Virus record (IMG/VR): IMGVR_UViG_3300037319_000172 | Location: 32,001 to 96,000 of that record | Length of the DNA: 64,000 bases | DNA from: a virus | Strand: one strand, 5' to 3' | Part shown: positions 59,480-64,000 of the stretch, in pieces | How positions within the stretch are numbered: the stretch's first letter is position 1 | Layout: each line of letters starts with the position of its first letter | The notes under the pieces: model-generated | Databases searched by the model: none | Seen by the model: only the letters and a program-made list of their open reading frames with translations | Told to the model about the DNA's origin: nothing | Position numbers and translations under genes: made by a program

Positions 59480-60800
59480 TGGGCAGCAAAACTTTAAGAA
59501 GACGTATCTAGGTGATTAATTGAAAGTTTTCACCTAAAAAAGTAAAAATTGACCTATTATTTTGTCTTCTTTGTCATTTACTGATTCTTATATTCCTTAT
59601 TCTTCATTTGTTTCTATTTTTTGATTGTTTAGAGTTACTATTAGTACTTAGAGGGTTCTATGAGTGGTTAAAAATTTTTATTTTCACAACATACAATTAA
59701 TTCCACCTTCATCATTTAATCCTTTAAAGTCTAAAGTAGTTTAAAGTAATTAATACGTGTTAAAGTCGGGGAAAATAATTTCCAGTCACATTCATTAATC
59801 AAAAAAACCCAAAAACCCAAATCCATACCAACACCAAAATTGTAGGGCGGAGCCCAAAGGGACCCCTTAAGAACCTTTGACAATTGGAATATCTGAAGAG
59901 GTAAAAAACCCTGGGAGAAATATCCGTAGAGAAAATATCGGGGTCCCTTCCATTGCGCCGGGGAGCCGGGTCCCTTACTACACATTTACTACTGAATGAC
60001 CTATTTAAAGTTCCACAGAGTTTGGGTGAAGATTGGGTTTTTTTATATTTCCCCTTCCTACCCTTATAAGATTCTCTCCCCTCTTAGTATTCAGAAGAGT
60101 ATTCAATAGGATTATTATTATATTATAAGACTAAGAGTTCTTGTAGTACGCCCCACCCCAATCTTTTTAGGGTACTTTCTTTTTGAGTTTGGTAAATTCT
60201 CTTTCTTTTTTATTTGGAGTACTTAAAGTCTTAAAGTCATGTGAGTACTTAGAGTATGTGATCGCTTTAACCCACTGAGGTTGAGTGAGAGAACTTGTGA
60301 GTGGCCCTTCTCCCTCCCTACTCAACCTTCAAGCTTAAAGACATAACTTATACTCACAAGTATCAGATTTGTTTCATAATTATCGAAGTTTATTTATTAA
60401 CAGTCTCCCCATCTCCAAGTCTTAGAGTACTTAGAGGATCTTGTAGAGTGTGTGCCAACCCGCTAACGGGGTACGGGTGGGCCTTCCTTCCCGGGAGAAT
60501 TCGGGGGCACTGGTGGACATTGGATGCTAGGTTTTGTATCTTTATAGAATATCTGAACGGATTGGAAGGGGGATCCCCCAGAATACTCTGAGTCCGTCGA
60601 AGAGGGTAGAAGTAGTCGGATTTCCCGGGGAGCCAGATGGTGCCCATTCTACTAAGTGTTTTTTGATATATGTTTATTATTAATATTACTATAGTCCTTA
60701 CCCCTCCCCCAGAGCTCCTACCTTAATTCAGGTTTTGACGGCTCTCAGATTCCAAGCCTAGCGCCGGCGGCTTGGAGCCTCCCAGGTCGCTATACTGCTC
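59480..60800. other. Non-coding structured region (possible origin, genome end/packaging site or ncRNA locus)
   Basis: No credible CDS; G/C runs, many inverted repeats, clustered TTA(A/G)AGT motifs. Confidence 0.55.
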
Positions 60801-60820
60801 ATGAGCCTTGGAGTGTCCGG

Positions 60821-60976
60821 CTAGCGTTTGGCTTGTAGCGCGCGTTCTGCTTGCTTAGCATCGACTGCTTCTGAGTATTGCATGATTAGTCCTTGTAGGT
60901 CCGGGTGATATGGAGTCTTAAGCTTCATATTTAGTATCTGGGCTTGTAGTTCTTGTAGTTTGCTCTGGGTACTCAT
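60821..60976 (-). CDS. Small early protein (51 aa)
   Basis: MSTQSKLQELQAQILNMKLKTPYHPDLQGLIMQYSEAVDAKQAERALQAKR; below the ORF track cutoff. Confidence 0.55.
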   Translation of the reverse strand: MSTQSKLQELQAQILNMKLKTPYHPDLQGLIMQYSEAVDAKQAERALQAKR

Positions 60977-61105
60977 GGCTAATAGGATTTGTTTAGTTAG
61001 TATTGGGCCCTGTCAGTCTATTGACATAGAGCACTCTTATTGGTTACTGGTATTAATTACTATAGGCATTATATATCTGTCCCTCTCTGATAACCTCTAT
61101 TGGCT

Positions 61106-61453
61106 CTAGTAGAATGATGCTAGTAACCTTTGAGTATCTGTATGTGTTGCTACTCTGAATGAATCTTCTTGGACCTGTAGGTTCTTACTACCTTTATACT
61201 CCTTCTTAGCCATTTGTATTGCAGCTTCTCTGGTAACTGCCTGGTTAGAGTTCCATCCGCCACCCTCGAAGTTAAAGTTCCAGGTTTTGTTAGAGGCTGT
61301 ATACTCTAATAAGAATTGCTTTTCCTCTATAATAGGTAGGAGAGCTTCGTGTCCGGTTCCTTTCTTAACTACACTCTTTAAGGCTCTTACTTGTCTCTTT
61401 AGTAAGGCTGTTGCTTCTCGGTTTGCTTTCTTGGTCTTGATTCCGTCTATCAT
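61106..61453 (-). CDS. Early hypothetical protein
   Basis: 115 aa behind class I promoter; FEGGGWNS..A motif. Confidence 0.7.
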   Translation of the reverse strand: MIDGIKTKKANREATALLKRQVRALKSVVKKGTGHEALLPIIEEKQFLLEYTASNKTWNFNFEGGGWNSNQAVTREAAIQMAKKEYKGSKNLQVQEDSFRVATHTDTQRLLASFY

Positions 61454-61461
61454 GGTTACAT

Positions 61462-61499
61462 CTATTAGTTATATGTAAATATACACATTATTATTGATA
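61462..61499 (-). promoter_or_regulatory. Class I promoter repeat, copy 5
   Basis: rc TATCAATAATAATGTGTATATTTACATATAACTAATAG. Confidence 0.8.
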
Positions 61500-61531
61500 T
61501 ATCGGGCCCTCGGGCTAAAAGTTATTAACAA

Positions 61532-61744
61532 TTACCTGGCATCACATACTAGGCCTATTCTCCAGGTCCAATCTCTCTTCTCACAGTATTCTATTGCTTG
61601 AGCTACTGTTTTGAGTTCTGGGTGCGAAACTACTTGTTCATTCTCTATATCCCATATCTCGTAGACATTTATAAACTTGTAGTAGTCTATTATAAACTTC
61701 TCCTTGGCTCCTACATGTTCGTCTATGTATGCTTTGATTTTCAT
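61532..61744 (-). CDS. Early hypothetical protein
   Basis: 70 aa. Confidence 0.6.
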   Translation of the reverse strand: MKIKAYIDEHVGAKEKFIIDYYKFINVYEIWDIENEQVVSHPELKTVAQAIEYCEKRDWTWRIGLVCDAR

Positions 61745-61755
61745 AGTGTTCTAAT

Positions 61756-61950
61756 TTAGTATTGTAACTGTCCGTGTGCATTCTCTAATACAAATCCAGA
61801 GTCGTCTGATAATATGTCCAATTCAGCGTCCGTGAGTTGTCTTCCCTTATAAGTTGCTGATGCGATGAATGCGTCGCAGAACTTTGGGTAATCGGACATA
61901 TCTATGCCTTCTACCTCTACGTTCGTTAATTGAGTCTTGTCTATTGTCAT
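61756..61950 (-). CDS. Conserved small phage protein
   Basis: EGID..DYPKFCDAFI.SA...R.LTD.ELD motif. Confidence 0.75.
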   Translation of the reverse strand: MTIDKTQLTNVEVEGIDMSDYPKFCDAFIASATYKGRQLTDAELDILSDDSGFVLENAHGQLQY

Positions 61951-61961
61951 AATGCTAGTAT

Positions 61962-61999
61962 TTATTAGTTATATGTAAATATACACAATATTATTGATA
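61962..61999 (-). promoter_or_regulatory. Class I promoter repeat, copy 6 (divergent pair with copy 7)
   Basis: rc TATCAATAATATTGTGTATATTTACATATAACTAATAA. Confidence 0.8.
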
Positions 62000-62086
62000 C
62001 TTGGGCCCTCTTTTGGGTTTATTTTCATCAAAAGCGCTATTTATAATGATTATAAACTACAAATTGGTTGCAATTAAGTTGTTCTA

Positions 62087-62124
62087 TATCAATTAAAATG
62101 ATTATATTTACTTATAACTAATAA
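62087..62124 (+). promoter_or_regulatory. Class I promoter repeat, copy 7
   Basis: TATCAATTAAAATGATTATATTTACTTATAACTAATAA. Confidence 0.85.
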
Positions 62125-62135
62125 ATACATACAAA

Positions 62136-62558
62136 ATGAACAAATTAATCAACACCACCGGAATTCACACAGTTAACTACATCGACGGACGCACAGGATC
62201 TTTTCGTACTATTACTAAATGTCGCGCAGGTTATATGACTTGTACGAACATCAGACCATTTGAAAACGATCGTGCTAACGAGAACAAAGAAGTCTTAATG
62301 ACCGGATACAAGCGTAACACATTGCAAGCTATCGAATTTCAGCCAGAAGGATCAGACTACTGGTTAACTATATTCGCTAGAGTCGGTAAGACAATTAAAC
62401 TAATCGACGAATCTATCCTAGTAGACTTAACAGTTGGTACTATCAACGGACTATGGGATAATACTAACTTAATGTGTATGCATCAATATAAAGCAGTTGG
62501 AGCTAAAACATGGGCCGATAAAGCCTTTACTATGAATGTAGAGGTTGAGGTTGCTTAA
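62136..62558 (+). CDS. Early hypothetical protein
   Basis: 140 aa behind class I promoter. Confidence 0.75.
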   Translation: MNKLINTTGIHTVNYIDGRTGSFRTITKCRAGYMTCTNIRPFENDRANENKEVLMTGYKRNTLQAIEFQPEGSDYWLTIFARVGKTIKLIDESILVDLTVGTINGLWDNTNLMCMHQYKAVGAKTWADKAFTMNVEVEVA

Positions 62559-62625
62559 TACCTCTACTAAGGTTCCTATCTATAATCATTATAAATAGGA
62601 ATCTTTTTTACTTTAAATTGTTCTA

Positions 62626-62663
62626 TATCAATTAAAATGATTATATTTACTTATAACTAATAG
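62626..62663 (+). promoter_or_regulatory. Class I promoter repeat, copy 8
   Basis: About 45 nt identical to copy 7. Confidence 0.85.
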
Positions 62664-62684
62664 ATAAACACAAAAACACTAATT

Positions 62685-62975
62685 ATGAAAAAAGCACTTA
62701 GACACTACGAACAATGGGCAATCACTGAAAGCTTACAATTTTTAAACTCTTACCTAGACGGTGTGAAGGTTCAAGATCAAACTATCTTATGTAGAGATAT
62801 TGCAGATGAATTAGACCGGACCTATTCTGCTGTTAAGATCAGAGTTTTAGAAGTTCACAGAATCCTTACTGGTGAAAAAGACTTTCCAAACGTATCTCCT
62901 AACATGGTCGTAGCAGTATCACAAATATTAAAAGAACGTAACCTTTCTACGGGTAGAGCACAATTATTATTTTAA
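62685..62975 (+). CDS. Early protein, possible HTH DNA-binding
   Basis: DIADELDRTYSAVKIR resembles a helix-turn-helix. Confidence 0.6.
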   Translation: MKKALRHYEQWAITESLQFLNSYLDGVKVQDQTILCRDIADELDRTYSAVKIRVLEVHRILTGEKDFPNVSPNMVVAVSQILKERNLSTGRAQLLF

Positions 62976-62978
62976 TTG

Positions 62979-63005
62979 AAACTTTTTAACTATTAACGGT
63001 ATAAT
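62979..63005 (+). promoter_or_regulatory. Class II promoter
   Basis: AAAC TTTTTAACTATTAACGG TATAAT. Confidence 0.75.
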
Positions 63006-63028
63006 AATAAATCAAAACAAACTATATT

Positions 63029-64000
63029 ATGAGCATTCAAACACTATCTTCAAACCTTATTACTTTACGTAAACAAGAGAGCATCAACGCTCAATCTTTA
63101 CGAAGAACCCTTCCTTTCCGCGATATCAATATGATTGACGAAAAAACTATTGAGTATAAAGGTACTCGCATTGAAATTACCAAACAAGCTTTTAAATCTT
63201 TACTTTCCCTAGTAGGTATGAGTCAGTCATTTGCTGATAAGTTTACAAAGCTGTTTAACCCTGATACTAAAGCACAATTCATTAATACTATGAAGAATGC
63301 AATGGCATCTAATTCTGGTCGTCTCAGTAACGTTACTCTGGTTCTTAACCCTACTACTAAAGCGGTTATCTTATTTGGTAAAGAAGACAAACTTCAAATA
63401 TCAAACGAGCAGATGATTAATGTTGCTGAGAATATGATCGGTGATAGTTCTATGGGAGTTTCCCGATGGGCTACTGATCCTGCAACCGGTATCATTACTA
63501 TCGACGCACACAATCCTAATGCAGAATTCAAGATATTAGGTCTTAATGAAGAGGTCTTTACTGGAGGAGTTACATTCAAAAACAGTCCGATGAAAGGATT
63601 CGAAGTAATGCCATACGTTAACAGACAATGGTGTACTAATGGACTTACTGCTTCTATAGCATCTGAGTCTTATCAATTACACTCTTTAGATAATAAGAAC
63701 ATGGAAGGGTTCTTCGAGAGTATGCAAGATCTACGTCGCAACAACTACGCACCGGAAGGATTCGCAGATAGAGTTCGTCAAGCAAATGCTACACCGGCTT
63801 CAATGCAAGAAATGAGATTCGCTCATAACTTAATAGAGAAGCATGCCGGAGAAAGAGCAGAACAATGGATACCTCTACAAGAGAATATGAATCAATATAA
63901 TAAAGCCGGATTCGAGATGATGTCAAACGATCAAATGAAGATGGCTAAGAGTAATCAATCAGTATGGAGTGTTATTAATGGTGTAACCCACTTTAGTACA
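63029..64000 (+). CDS. DUF932-like protein (3' truncated by window)
   Basis: Open frame from ATG 63029 (MSIQTLSSNL...) to the window end; RQWCTNG and VWSVINGVT motifs. Confidence 0.7.
   Translation, partial: MSIQTLSSNLITLRKQESINAQSLRRTLPFRDINMIDEKTIEYKGTRIEITKQAFKSLLSLVGMSQSFADKFTKLFNPDTKAQFINTMKNAMASNSGRLSNVTLVLNPTTKAVILFGKEDKLQISNEQMINVAENMIGDSSMGVSRWATDPATGIITIDAHNPNAEFKILGLNEEVFTGGVTFKNSPMKGFEVMPYVNRQWCTNGLTASIASESYQLHSLDNKNMEGFFESMQDLRRNNYAPEGFADRVRQANATPASMQEMRFAHNLIEKHAGERAEQWIPLQENMNQYNKAGFEMMSNDQMKMAKSNQSVWSVINGVTHFST

Noticed and set aside
60452-60510. Possible tRNA
   Set aside because: Branched stem but too short, with no T-loop or D-loop consensus; I recognised no tRNA or rRNA in the window.
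59731-60647. ORFs 59731..59985, 60301..60591 and 60390..60647
   Set aside because: Composition (Pro/Gly/Trp-rich) is unlike the other genes, two of them overlap on opposite strands, and they lie in a GC-run region; likely spurious.
1-64000. Bacterial chromosome or prophage interpretation based on rpsA, rpsU, clpP, clpC, dnaJ and rnhB
   Set aside because: These genes are interspersed with T4-like structural genes, share phage promoter repeats and lack bacterial operon context; no integrase or att site was seen.
1-64000. Alternative genetic code or stop-codon recoding
   Set aside because: Recognisable genes are full length and densely packed under the standard code, ending in TAA, TAG or TGA.

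Overview
This window is 64 kb of an AT-rich, large (probably jumbo) T4-superfamily-like myophage genome. The host is most likely Bacteroidota/Flavobacteriales, judged from Bacteroidota-type bS21, bS1 and ClpP, A-rich start regions without Shine-Dalgarno motifs, and a TAnnTTTG-like promoter element. Almost everything from 1 to about 62 kb is on the minus strand; a divergent early region starts at about 62.1 kb. Layout: baseplate, neck and tail genes with an amidoligase and ribosomal protein S1 (1-20 kb); six proteins sharing an N-terminal T4-like capsid-targeting motif (23-27 kb); uvsE, rnhB, phoH, rpsU, dnaJ and an exonuclease (27-34 kb); four collagen-like fibre genes, one ending in a Hint autoprocessing domain, flanked by two 2OG-Fe(II) oxygenases and three glycosyltransferases (34-53 kb); clpP, an N-domain-less clpC and a thymidylate-synthase homologue with the dCMP-type Asp (54-58 kb); a structured non-coding region (59.5-60.8 kb); and early genes. 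Strongest candidate new systems: (1) a phage ClpC/ClpP protease with four small proteins carrying a UVR-like motif that mimics the ClpC middle domain (possible adaptors); (2) a possible collagen maturation locus (hydroxylation, glycosylation, Hint cleavage); (3) three promoter classes, one with a palindrome at a fixed 33-nt offset; (4) possible cytosine modification. All family assignments come from motif recognition by eye; no database search was run.
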